From Kiloniellales bacterium (GTDB lineage Bacteria; Pseudomonadota; Alphaproteobacteria; Kiloniellales; J153): a DNA stretch of 64,000 bases. Made by a program: the position numbers and the translations under genes. Every line of letters begins with the position of its first letter. Within the stretch, counting starts at the first letter, position 1. Location of the stretch: assembly GCA_036397065.1 (NCBI GenBank), contig DASWJP010000004.1, positions 8,439 to 72,438 on the forward strand. Reading direction: 5' to 3'. The notes under the pieces were generated by a model. It was not told where the DNA came from and did not search any database. It was given only the letters and a program-made list of their open reading frames with translations. This document shows positions 52,727 through 61,008 of this stretch, in pieces.

Positions 52727-53146
52727 ATGGCGAAACTCAAGGGTTCGAAAACGGAAGAGAATTTGAAGGCCGCCTTCGCCGGCGAAAGCCAGGCCAACCG
52801 GCGCTATCTCTATTTCGCGCAAAAGGCCGACGTCGAGGGCTACAACGATGTATCGGCGGTGTTCCGCTCCACCGCCGAGGGTGAGACCGGCCATGCGCAC
52901 GGCCACCTCCAGTACCTGGAAGAGGTGGGCGATCCGGCGACCGGCGAGCCCATCGGCGATACCTCCCTCAACCTGAAGGCAGCGATCGCCGGCGAAACCC
53001 ACGAGTACACGGACATGTACCCGGGCATGGCGCGCACCGCGCGGCAGGAAGGTTTCGAGGAAATCGCCGATTGGTTCGAGACCTTGGCCAAGGCGGAGAA
53101 GAGCCACGCCGGCCGTTTCCAAAAGGCTCTCGATACCATCGGTTAA
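52727..53146 (+). CDS. rubrerythrin-family diiron protein (no rubredoxin domain)
   Basis: [30 protein letters not shown]... with two E...ExxH sets ([10 protein letters not shown] and AGETHEY...[10 protein letters not shown]). The SD AGAGGGAG lies upstream of ATG 52727. Confidence 0.85.
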   Translation: MAKLKGSKTEENLKAAFAGESQANRRYLYFAQKADVEGYNDVSAVFRSTAEGETGHAHGHLQYLEEVGDPATGEPIGDTSLNLKAAIAGETHEYTDMYPGMARTARQEGFEEIADWFETLAKAEKSHAGRFQKALDTIG

Positions 53147-53233
53147 GTTTGCGCCTGTCGGCCGCGTCCCGGGCACACCGGCGCGGCCGCCAAGCCACAG
53201 TCGGATCCCACAATCGGATCCAGGAGTTGAGGT

Positions 53234-54589
53234 ATGCGCGAAGGCGGTCTCGATGCGCCGGTGCGTCAGCCATTGGATTGGCGCGACCCGGATTTTGCCG
53301 ATCCCGAGAAGATCGACGCGGAATTGCGCCGGGTCTTCGACATCTGTCACGGCTGCCGCCGCTGCTTCAATCTGTGCGATTCGTTCCCGACCCTCTTCGA
53401 TCTGATCGACGAGTCCGATAGCGGCGAGCTGGATGGGGTCGACAGCGCCGATTTCGCCAAGGTGGTGGACGGCTGCACCCTGTGCGACATGTGTTTCATG
53501 GTCAGCTGCCCCTATGTGCCGCCGCACGAGTTCAATCTGGATTTTCCGCACCTGATGCTCCGCTACCGCGCCGCCGAGTTGCGCCAAGGCAAGGGCGGCG
53601 GGGCCGTGGCCGAGCTGAGCAAGACCGACCGCAACGGCAAGCTGGCCAGCCACATCCCGGCCCTGGCCAACTGGGCCAGCGATACCGGGAACCGCCTCAC
53701 CCGGCCGATACTCGAAGGGGTGGCCGGGGTCCACCGCAAGGCGGCGCTGCCCAAATTTCACGGCACCACGTTCACCGACGGCGCGGCCAAATCCGCGCCC
53801 AAGGTGAACACTGCGGCCCCGGCGCACGGGCGCAAGGCGGTGCTCTATGCCACTTGTTTCGTCAACTACAACAGCCCGGGGATCGGCACGGCGGCACGGC
53901 GCGTGCTCGCCCACAACGGGGTCGAGACCGAGGTGGTCTATCCCCGCTGCTGCGCCATGCCCCAGTTGGAGCGCGGCGATCTACCGGCTGTCGCCGCGGC
54001 CGCCAATGACGTGGCCGAGGCCATGGCGCCGTGGATCGACAAAGGCTACGACGTGATCGCTTTGACGCCGTCGTGCGCTCTCATGTTGAAATTCGAGTGG
54101 CCGCTGATCCTGCCCGAGGACGCGCGCATCAAGCGCTTGGCGCAGGCGACCTACGACATCGCCGAATACGTGGTCGACATCGCCAAGACCGAAGGCATGG
54201 CCGAGGGCTTGCAACCGTTGCCCGGCGGCGTGGCGCTGCACATGGCGTGTCATGCACGGGCGCAGAACATGGGCGCCAAGGCGGCCGAGATGCTGCGCCT
54301 GGTGCCGCAGGCGGAGGTGGCGGTGATCGAGCGCTGCTCCGGCCATGGCGGCTCGTGGGGCATCATGAAGGAGCACTTCGAGACCGCCCTCAAGGTCGGC
54401 CGTCCGGCGGCGCGGCTGGCCAAGAACGCCGAAAAAACTTATCTCGCCTCCGAATGTCCGCTGGCCGGTACGCACTTGGTGCAAGGCATCGAACGCATGA
54501 CGGAAGCCGGCGAGCCGGCACCGGCCGCCGCCCATCATCCCATCGAACTGTTCGCCCAGGCCTACGGCTTCGGCGCGGACGAAGCTTGA
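53234..54589 (+). CDS. (Fe-S)-binding protein, HdrD/GlpC-like (two 4Fe-4S motifs + CCG domains)
   Basis: CHGCRRCFNLC and CTLCDMCFMVSCP ferredoxin-type motifs, followed by Cys-rich CCG-type repeats (YPRCCAMPQ..., ERCSGHGG...). Confidence 0.8.
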   Translation: MREGGLDAPVRQPLDWRDPDFADPEKIDAELRRVFDICHGCRRCFNLCDSFPTLFDLIDESDSGELDGVDSADFAKVVDGCTLCDMCFMVSCPYVPPHEFNLDFPHLMLRYRAAELRQGKGGGAVAELSKTDRNGKLASHIPALANWASDTGNRLTRPILEGVAGVHRKAALPKFHGTTFTDGAAKSAPKVNTAAPAHGRKAVLYATCFVNYNSPGIGTAARRVLAHNGVETEVVYPRCCAMPQLERGDLPAVAAAANDVAEAMAPWIDKGYDVIALTPSCALMLKFEWPLILPEDARIKRLAQATYDIAEYVVDIAKTEGMAEGLQPLPGGVALHMACHARAQNMGAKAAEMLRLVPQAEVAVIERCSGHGGSWGIMKEHFETALKVGRPAARLAKNAEKTYLASECPLAGTHLVQGIERMTEAGEPAPAAAHHPIELFAQAYGFGADEA

Positions 54590-54599
54590 GACGATTGCC

Positions 54600-55196
54600 A
54601 TGACCGCCTGCCCGAAGCACGAGATTCGCCGCGACGACATCATGGACATGGCGGCCTATGAACGCATCCGCGTCGAACGCCGGCGCGAGCTGGTTCAAAT
54701 CAAGCGCCAGCGGCGCCTGGAGGTCGGGCCGGAATGCCTGTTCCATTTCGAGAACTACGAGACCATGTCGGCGCAGATTCACGAGATGCTGTATATCGAA
54801 AAGGGCGGCGAGGCGCAGATCGCCGACGAGCTGGCGGCCTACAATCCGCTGATCCCGAACGGCCGCGAGCTGGTGGCGACCGTCATGTTCGAGATCGACG
54901 AGCCGGCCCGCCGCCACGCCGTGCTCGCCAAGCTGGGCGGCATCGAAGAGACCGCGGTCGTGCGCATCGGCGGCGAGACCATCAAGGGCCGGGCCGAGGC
55001 CGACGTGGACCGCACCAACGCCGCCGGCAAGGCCTCGTCCGTGCAATTCATCCACTTCCCCTTCACCGATGCCCAGGTGGCCGCCTTCCGGGCCCCGGGG
55101 GCCGAGATCCTGGTCGGCTTCACCCATCCGCACTACGGCCACATGGCGGTCATGCCGGAGGGCGTGCGCCAGGCCCTGGCCAAGGACTTCGACTAA
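54600..55196 (+). CDS. DUF3501-family protein (function unknown)
   Basis: The 198-aa soluble protein (ERIRVERRRELVQIKRQRRLEVGPECLFHFENYETMSAQIHEMLYIEKG...) matches my recollection of DUF3501. It starts 10 nt after the Fe-S gene. Confidence 0.6.
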   Translation: MTACPKHEIRRDDIMDMAAYERIRVERRRELVQIKRQRRLEVGPECLFHFENYETMSAQIHEMLYIEKGGEAQIADELAAYNPLIPNGRELVATVMFEIDEPARRHAVLAKLGGIEETAVVRIGGETIKGRAEADVDRTNAAGKASSVQFIHFPFTDAQVAAFRAPGAEILVGFTHPHYGHMAVMPEGVRQALAKDFD

Positions 55197-55245
55197 GGCC
55201 CCCATCGGCCGGCGTGCCGCCGCAGCCTCTCAAAATTCCCCTTCG

Positions 55246-55362
55246 GTCATCCTCGGACAAGCGCCGCATCAGCGGCGCGCCGATCCGAGGATCCAAGGCC
55301 AGGATGGTCCCTGGGCCTGCACTGGATCCTCGGGTCTCCGTTTCGCTCCGCCCAAGGATGAC
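55246..55362. repeat. REP-like palindromic element pair (inverted units)
   Basis: Unit A, GTCATCCTCGGA...TCCGAGGATCC (55246-55294), has a 9-bp outer stem and an inner GCGCCGC-ATCA-GCGGCGC hairpin. Unit B, GGATCCTCGGG...CCCAAGGATGAC (55324-55362), lies in opposite orientation. Its termini are of the same family as the element at 15395-15482. Confidence 0.7.
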
Positions 55363-55529
55363 GAAAGAGGCCGGTGGGCTTGAGGGGCGAGCTTGAGGGG
55401 TGGGCTTGACCGGCTGCGGGCTTCAGCTTATCAATCAATTAAACATCTGTTCATATGTTATAGTGTTCAATTGGCACCGTGCCGATGGCTCATCGCCGGC
55501 TGACCAGGGCTGCATTCAGGAGGCAAACG

Positions 55530-55859
55530 ATGGACTCTCACTCCCCGGACAGGGTGGCCGCCTTGGCCGATGTTTTCCACCTCATGGGGGATGGCAACCG
55601 GCTGCGGATCCTGCTTCTGGTCCGCGACGAGCCGCACGCGGTGGGCGAGATCGCCGCCGCCACAAACCTGTCGCCGTCCCTGGTCAGCCACCATTTGCGC
55701 CTGCTGCGCGCCGGCCGCCTGGTGCGAGGCGAGCGGCGCGGCAAGCACGTCTACTATGCCCTCGACGATGCGCATGTGCGCTGCGTCCTCAACGACATGA
55801 CCGATCATCTAGCAGAAGACGCGGCGGTGGCGCTGCACCCGGACCGCGCGGCCGGTTGA
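55530..55859 (+). CDS. ArsR/SmtB-family metalloregulator with an alpha5 (CzrA/SmtB-type) metal site
   Basis: HTH LRILLLVRDEPHAVGEIAAATNLSPSLVSHHLRLLRAGRLV. The C-terminal DAH-VRCVLNDMTD-H-LA-E fits DxHx10Hx2E. The SD CAGGAGG lies upstream of ATG 55530. Confidence 0.82.
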   Translation: MDSHSPDRVAALADVFHLMGDGNRLRILLLVRDEPHAVGEIAAATNLSPSLVSHHLRLLRAGRLVRGERRGKHVYYALDDAHVRCVLNDMTDHLAEDAAVALHPDRAAG

Positions 55860-55860
55860 T

Positions 55861-56484
55861 ATGGCGAGCTGTTGCGCCCATGACGCGGCGGCCCTGCGCA
55901 CCAGCCGCCGCCTGCTTTGGATCGTGCTGGTCCTCAATGCCGGCATGTTCGCGGTCGAAGCGGTGGCCGGCTGGCAGGCCGAATCCCTGGCCCTGCAGGC
56001 CGATGCGCTCGATTTCCTCGGCGATTCGGCGAATTATGCCATTGCCCTTTTTGTCCTCACCCGCTCGGTTGCCTGGCGCGCCGGTTCGGCCCTGGCCAAG
56101 GGGCTGGCCATGGTCGGCTTCGGCGGCTTTCTACTGATCGCCAGTCTCTGGCATGTGCTGGTGGGCGCGGCACCCGAGGCGCCGGTGATGGGCGTCATCG
56201 GGGCCATGGCCTTGCTGGTCAACGTGGTGTGCGCCGCGTTGTTGTTCCGCTTTCGCACGGGCGATGCAAACCTGCGGGCCGTCTGGCTGTGCAGCCGCAA
56301 CGATGCCATCGGCAATCTGGCGGTGATCGCGGCCGCCGGCGGGGTCTTCTTGACCGGAACCCCGTGGCCGGACCTGGCGGTCGGCCTGGTACTGGCGATG
56401 CTGGCGATCGGCGCCGGGTCATCGGTCATCCGCCAGGCCCGCGGCGAGTTGCGGGTCGCGGCCGGTGCGGCGGCCGCCGAATAG
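55861..56484 (+). CDS. cation diffusion facilitator (CDF) family metal exporter, short form without cytoplasmic C-terminal domain
   Basis: TM2 site AESLALQADALDFLGDSANY and TM5 site CSRNDAIGNLAV are typical CDF metal-site helices. At 207 aa the protein holds only the TM domain. The N-terminus MASCCAHD is Cys/His-rich. The start is 1 nt after the arsR stop. Confidence 0.8.
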   Translation: MASCCAHDAAALRTSRRLLWIVLVLNAGMFAVEAVAGWQAESLALQADALDFLGDSANYAIALFVLTRSVAWRAGSALAKGLAMVGFGGFLLIASLWHVLVGAAPEAPVMGVIGAMALLVNVVCAALLFRFRTGDANLRAVWLCSRNDAIGNLAVIAAAGGVFLTGTPWPDLAVGLVLAMLAIGAGSSVIRQARGELRVAAGAAAAE

Positions 56485-56505
56485 ACTGGCGCGGGGCGGC
56501 GGTGG

Positions 56506-57078
56506 CTAACGCACCTCTTCGCCCGGGGCGACACCGTAAATCTCATCGTCGCGCAGCCAGCCGGCGCGTCCTCCGACCTCGATCTCGCACCACCCGCTAG
56601 AACAGCGGTTGAGTTTTCCGGTCACGCCCGCCTCCAACAGGGCCTGGCCCGCCGCGCCCTCCTCCGGCGTGCGACGCAACAGGCGCTGCTTGCCGATCAC
56701 CAGGACCTGGCGGTCGCCGGTGAGCATGTTCTGATGCACCCAGCCGATGCTGCCCTCCCAATCGCGAATCCGCCGCCAGGTCTCGAACTCGTCGATCACC
56801 TCGACGGGCAGTCCGGTTTGCGCATAGACCCATTCGATGGGATAGCGCAGGCCCGGACCGGTGCGCAGGTTCACCTCGGGCGCCCGCAGCGCCACATAGC
56901 GGGGCAAGGGCAGGCCGCTGATCGGGCCGATGCGCGGCGCCCCGGCGCCCTCCGGTGGCGTGCCCTGGCCAAGCGCCCCGGACGGTGCCAGGGCCAGCAA
57001 TGGGGCCAGCAACAGAGCCGGTGCCAGGGCCGCCAGCAGGATTGCGATCTGCATCACATGGCGTATCGATGCGCCCAT
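56506..57078 (-). CDS. secreted SH3-like domain protein (DUF1058-type)
   Basis: Signal peptide (MGASIRHVMQIAILLAALAPALLLAPLLALA) followed by RYVALRAPEVNLRTGPGLRYPIEWVY...LPVEVIDEFETWRRIRDWEGSIGWVH. The ATG at 57078 is preferred over the track start 57162. Confidence 0.72.
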   Translation of the reverse strand: MGASIRHVMQIAILLAALAPALLLAPLLALAPSGALGQGTPPEGAGAPRIGPISGLPLPRYVALRAPEVNLRTGPGLRYPIEWVYAQTGLPVEVIDEFETWRRIRDWEGSIGWVHQNMLTGDRQVLVIGKQRLLRRTPEEGAAGQALLEAGVTGKLNRCSSGWCEIEVGGRAGWLRDDEIYGVAPGEEVR

Positions 57079-57277
57079 GTCGGTTTCCGAAATCTCCTGT
57101 AAAACGCGGGGCGTGCGTGCGGGCTTGCCCTTTGACCTAACCTCGTCGGGCAGGCGGGTCAAGGCGGCTGATACGGGCTGGAAGAGGCCGCCGCACTGGA
57201 CAAAGGCGGCACCCGCCTGCTATGGCAAGCCGCGATCTCGGCACCCAAGATCAAGCCCCGCGCGGATCTATAGGAAC

Positions 57278-58264
57278 ATGGCAAAGCAGAAACCCCTGGT
57301 CATCGTCACCCGGCGGCTCCCCGACGTCATCGAGACGCGCATGATGGAGCTGTTCGACTGCCGCCTGAACGTGGATGACGTGCCCATGACCCAGGCGCAA
57401 CTGGTCGCCGCGGCACAGCAGGCCACCATCCTGGTGCCCACGGTCACCGACCGGATCGATGCCGCCATCCTGTCCCAGGCCGGACCGCAGTTGAAGCTGA
57501 TCGCCTCCTTCGGGACCGGGGTCGATCACATCGACCTGAAAAGTGCCCGCCAGCGCAACATCATCGTCACCAACACCCCCGGCGTGCTGACCGAGGATAC
57601 GGCGGATATGACCATGGCCATGCTGCTGGCCCTGCCGCGCCGGTTGAGCGAGGGCGAGCGCCTGGTGCGCTCGGGCGACTGGACCGGCTGGGGCCCCACC
57701 TCCATGCTCGGCCACCGCATCTGGGGCAAGCGTCTGGGCATCGTCGGCATGGGCCGCATCGGCCAGGCGGTGGCGCGACGGGCCAAGGGCTTCGGCCTGG
57801 CCGTGCACTATCACAACCGGCGCCGGGTACACCCGGATATCGAGGCGGAGCTGGAGGCGACCTATTGGGAAAGCCTCGACCAGATGCTCTCGCGCATGGA
57901 CATCGTGTCCATCCATTGCCCGCACACGCCGGCGACCTATCATCTGCTCTCGCCGCGGCGCCTGCAGTTGCTGCACGAGCATGCCTACATCGTGAACACC
58001 AGCCGCGGCGAAGTGATCGACGAGAACGCGCTCGCCCGCATGCTCGCCGCCGGCGAGATCGCCGGGGCCGCCCTGGATGTGTTCGAGCACGAGCCGGCAA
58101 TCAACCCAAAGCTCCTGAAACTCGACAACGTGATCCTGCTGCCGCACATGGGCTCGGCCACCATCGAAGGACGCCTGGCCATGGGCGAGAAGGTGATCAT
58201 CAACATCAAGACCTTCATCGACGGCCACACCCCGCCGGACCGGGTCATCGAGACGATGTTCTAG
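57278..58264 (+). CDS. D-isomer-specific 2-hydroxyacid dehydrogenase (glyoxylate/hydroxypyruvate reductase-like)
   Basis: NAD-binding GIVGMGRIGQAVARRA and catalytic blocks (NTSRGEVIDE, LLPHMGSAT). The start is ATG 57278, in frame with the track ORF 56930. Confidence 0.85.
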   Translation: MAKQKPLVIVTRRLPDVIETRMMELFDCRLNVDDVPMTQAQLVAAAQQATILVPTVTDRIDAAILSQAGPQLKLIASFGTGVDHIDLKSARQRNIIVTNTPGVLTEDTADMTMAMLLALPRRLSEGERLVRSGDWTGWGPTSMLGHRIWGKRLGIVGMGRIGQAVARRAKGFGLAVHYHNRRRVHPDIEAELEATYWESLDQMLSRMDIVSIHCPHTPATYHLLSPRRLQLLHEHAYIVNTSRGEVIDENALARMLAAGEIAGAALDVFEHEPAINPKLLKLDNVILLPHMGSATIEGRLAMGEKVIINIKTFIDGHTPPDRVIETMF

Positions 58265-58299
58265 GATTGGCGGCCGGCGAGGCTAAACCCGCAACGCCG

Positions 58300-59028
58300 T
58301 CACCCCTGATCGGGCGCGATGCGGTTATCGGCGATTTCCAAGATGAGCTTGCGGCGGACGGCCTCGGCGAATTGCTGGTCGCCGTCGGCGGTGACGACGA
58401 AGCTGCCCGGGCCGCCAATGATGAAGGCGGCGAATGCCCCTTCCAGATCGTAGTCGATGGGCCGGCCGCTCTCGCAGTCGCGGCACAGGATCGCCAGGCC
58501 GTTGATGACGATGCCGGCTTCCAGCGCCGCGGCGCGGGCCACGGAGATGGGAATGCCGCCGCCGCTATAAGCGCTGTCGGCGGAAAAATCGATCACCCGG
58601 CGGGTGCCGACGATTTGGTTGCCCTCGATCAACGCCTGGACGGCGGCCAGGGCGCTGCCGATGGCGTTCGGGCCCGTGGCCAAGCGCGGCTGCGCCAACA
58701 GCGCATTGGCAAAGGCGGTGGCACTGTCCAGGCCGCTGATGACGGTCCACGGCACCACCACCTCCTGCGAATGCTCATCGCCCCATTCCACATAGGTGAC
58801 GGCGATGCGTTGCTCGTAGCCGTAGGAAATGGCGGCGAGCACGTCCGGGTGGGTGATGGCCGCGGCATAGCCCTGGCGCTGGAAGCGGATTTCCCCGTCG
58901 TCGATGGACCGCGAGGCATCGGCCAGCAGGACAAGCTCCAGATCGACCCGCTCCTGCGCCGCCGCGCCGCCGCTGATGCAAAACGCGATGAAGACCAGGG
59001 CGATCGTCAATCGGGATATCTGTTTCAT
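58300..59028 (-). CDS. DUF1194 (vWA-like) secreted protein
   Basis: Signal peptide MKQISRLTIALVFIAFCISGGAAAQ followed by a MIDAS-like LVLLADASRSID block. The ATG at 59028 forms an ATGA overlap with the moeB stop. Confidence 0.7.
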   Translation of the reverse strand: MKQISRLTIALVFIAFCISGGAAAQERVDLELVLLADASRSIDDGEIRFQRQGYAAAITHPDVLAAISYGYEQRIAVTYVEWGDEHSQEVVVPWTVISGLDSATAFANALLAQPRLATGPNAIGSALAAVQALIEGNQIVGTRRVIDFSADSAYSGGGIPISVARAAALEAGIVINGLAILCRDCESGRPIDYDLEGAFAAFIIGGPGSFVVTADGDQQFAEAVRRKLILEIADNRIAPDQG

Positions 59029-59864
59029 GCGGCACACGTCGGGCCCGGTTCGCCATAGGCGGTGCCGGTCAGATCATGGATGGTGGCCTGCGGGCCGCAC
59101 AGGGGACAAGCCGGGTCGGCCTTCAGCTTGATCTTGCGGAAACTGGCGCCCAGGGAATCGTAAAGCAGGAGATTGCCGGACAGGCTCTCGCCGATGCCCA
59201 GGATCTCCTTGATGACCTCGGTGGCTTGCATGGCGCCCATGGTGCCGGGTAGCGCCCCGAGCACGCCCACATCGGCGCAGCTTTCCTTCGGATCGGCCGG
59301 CTGCGGTCCGAAAATGCAGCGATAGCAGGGATGGGCCAGCGGATCGCCGGGCGCGCGGGTATGCGCCTTGAAGGTGGAGAGTTGCCCGTCGAAGCGCATG
59401 ACCGCCGCCGAGACCAGGGTCTTGCCCGCCAGATAGCAGGCATCGTTGAGCAGAAAGCGGGTGGCGAAGTTGTCCGACCCATCGGCCACCAGGTCGTAGC
59501 CGCGCACGATCTCGAGGGCGGCCTCGGCGGTCAGGCGCAGGGTGTGTTCGATCACCTGCACGTCCGGATTGACCTCCTTCAGGCGCGCCTTGGCGCTGGC
59601 GGTTTTTTTCCGGCCGATGGCGGAGGTGGCGTGCACCACCTGGCGCTGCAGGTTGGACAGATCGACCGCGTCGTCATCGACGATGCCCAAGGTGCCAACC
59701 CCGGCGGCGGCCAGATAGAGGAGCAGCGGCGAGCCGAGGCCGCCGGCACCTATCACCAGCACCCGCGCGGCCAATAGCTTGACCTGCCCGTCCTCGCCAA
59801 TCTCCGGCAGCACCAGATGGCGGGCGTAGCGGTCGATCTGCGTATCGCTCAAATCCACGGTCAT
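59025..59864 (-). CDS. moeB: ThiF/MoeB-family E1-like adenylyltransferase
   Basis: RYARHLVLPEIGEDGQ..VLVIGAGGLGSPLLLYLAAAGVG..DDDAVDLSNLQRQ, with two CxxC pairs (CYRC, CPLC) for structural Zn. There is no rhodanese domain. Confidence 0.85.
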   Translation of the reverse strand: MTVDLSDTQIDRYARHLVLPEIGEDGQVKLLAARVLVIGAGGLGSPLLLYLAAAGVGTLGIVDDDAVDLSNLQRQVVHATSAIGRKKTASAKARLKEVNPDVQVIEHTLRLTAEAALEIVRGYDLVADGSDNFATRFLLNDACYLAGKTLVSAAVMRFDGQLSTFKAHTRAPGDPLAHPCYRCIFGPQPADPKESCADVGVLGALPGTMGAMQATEVIKEILGIGESLSGNLLLYDSLGASFRKIKLKADPACPLCGPQATIHDLTGTAYGEPGPTCAA

Positions 59865-59882
59865 GACCCAAGGATAGGGCGG

Positions 59883-60833
59883 CTAGAGGCCATCGAACAA
59901 GTCGGTGCTGAGATAGCGCTCCGCCAGGGATGGCAGGATGACAACGATGGTCTGGCCGCGCACCGCGGGCCTAGTACCGATCTCCAGGGCCGCCGCCAGG
60001 GCCGCACCCGAGGATATCCCGGCCGGTACGCCCTCCAGCCGCGCCACTTCGCGCGCCGTGGCGAAGGCGGTGTCGTTGGCGATGCGCACCACCTCGTCGA
60101 TCAGGGCGGTCTCCAGATTGCCGGGCACGAACCCGGCGCCGATGCCTTGAATCTTGTGCGGGCCCGGCTGCCCGCCGGAAAGGATCGGGCTGTCCTCCGG
60201 CTCCACCGCCACCATGCGCAAAGCCGGCTTGCGCGCCTTCAGGACCCGGCCGACCCCGGTCAAGGTGCCGCCGGTGCCGACCCCGCTGATCACCATGTCC
60301 ACCGTACCGTCCGTATCGCGCCAGATTTCCTCGGCGGTGGTGGTGCTGTGGATCTGCGGGTTGGCTGGGTTCTCGAATTGCTGCGGCATCACCGCATCGG
60401 GCAGCTCCGCCACCAGGCGCTCGGCCTCGGCCAGGGCGCCGCGCATGCCCTGGGCGCCATCGGTCAGGACCAGTTCGGCCCCGAACAGGCGCAACATCTT
60501 GCGCCGCTCCACCGACATGGTCTCGGGCATGGTCAGGATCAGGCGGTAGCCCTTGGCGGCGCAGACGAAGGCGAGCGCGATGCCGGTGTTGCCGCTGGTC
60601 GGCTCGACGATCACCGTCTGCGGGCCGATGCGTCCGGCCGCCTCCAACGCCGCGATCATGGCGTAGCCGATGCGGTCCTTGACCGAGGACAGCGGATTGA
60701 AGAACTCGCACTTGCCGAGGATGTTTGCGGAGACACCATGCGCCTCGGCCAGGCGCGACAGGCGGATCAGCGGCGTCCCGCCGATGGTTTCCAGGATATT
60801 GTCGAAGACGCGGCCGCGTGGTTCTTCCCCCAT
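59883..60833 (-). CDS. cysK: cysteine synthase (O-acetylserine sulfhydrylase, CysK type)
   Basis: PLP-Lys block [25 protein letters not shown] and KIQGIGAGF. Confidence 0.92.
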   Translation of the reverse strand: MGEEPRGRVFDNILETIGGTPLIRLSRLAEAHGVSANILGKCEFFNPLSSVKDRIGYAMIAALEAAGRIGPQTVIVEPTSGNTGIALAFVCAAKGYRLILTMPETMSVERRKMLRLFGAELVLTDGAQGMRGALAEAERLVAELPDAVMPQQFENPANPQIHSTTTAEEIWRDTDGTVDMVISGVGTGGTLTGVGRVLKARKPALRMVAVEPEDSPILSGGQPGPHKIQGIGAGFVPGNLETALIDEVVRIANDTAFATAREVARLEGVPAGISSGAALAAALEIGTRPAVRGQTIVVILPSLAERYLSTDLFDGL

Positions 60834-60857
60834 GCCGCTAGGGCCTGCTCATGTTGG

Positions 60858-60987
60858 CGTAAGAGTCACCCCCACCCCAGCCCTCCCCCTCAATCCTTGA
60901 GCGATGGGAGGGAGAGGGGGAAAGTGGCAGTCCGCGAAAAAACACTCCTCCCCCCTTGATGGGGGGAGGTTGGGAGGGGGGTGGAGC
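60858..60987. repeat. C-tract/G-tract palindromic intergenic element
   Basis: CACCCCCACCCCAGCCCTCCCCCTC ... GGGAGGGAGAGGGGG forms an imperfect hairpin. CCTCCCCCC-TTGAT-GGGGGGAGG (60948-60970) is a perfect 9-bp stem. GGGAGGGGGGTGGAG at the 3' end mirrors the 5' C-tract. Confidence 0.7.
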
Positions 60988-61008
60988 AAGCATGGGCGTT
61001 TCCGAAAC

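Noticed and set aside
60907-60987. G-quadruplex potential of the G-tracts (GGGAGGGAGAGGGGG; GGGGGGAGGTTGGGAGGGGGG)
   Set aside because: The tracts pair perfectly with adjacent C-tracts, so a duplex or hairpin is the simpler explanation. Four properly spaced G3 runs are not clearly present within one short window.
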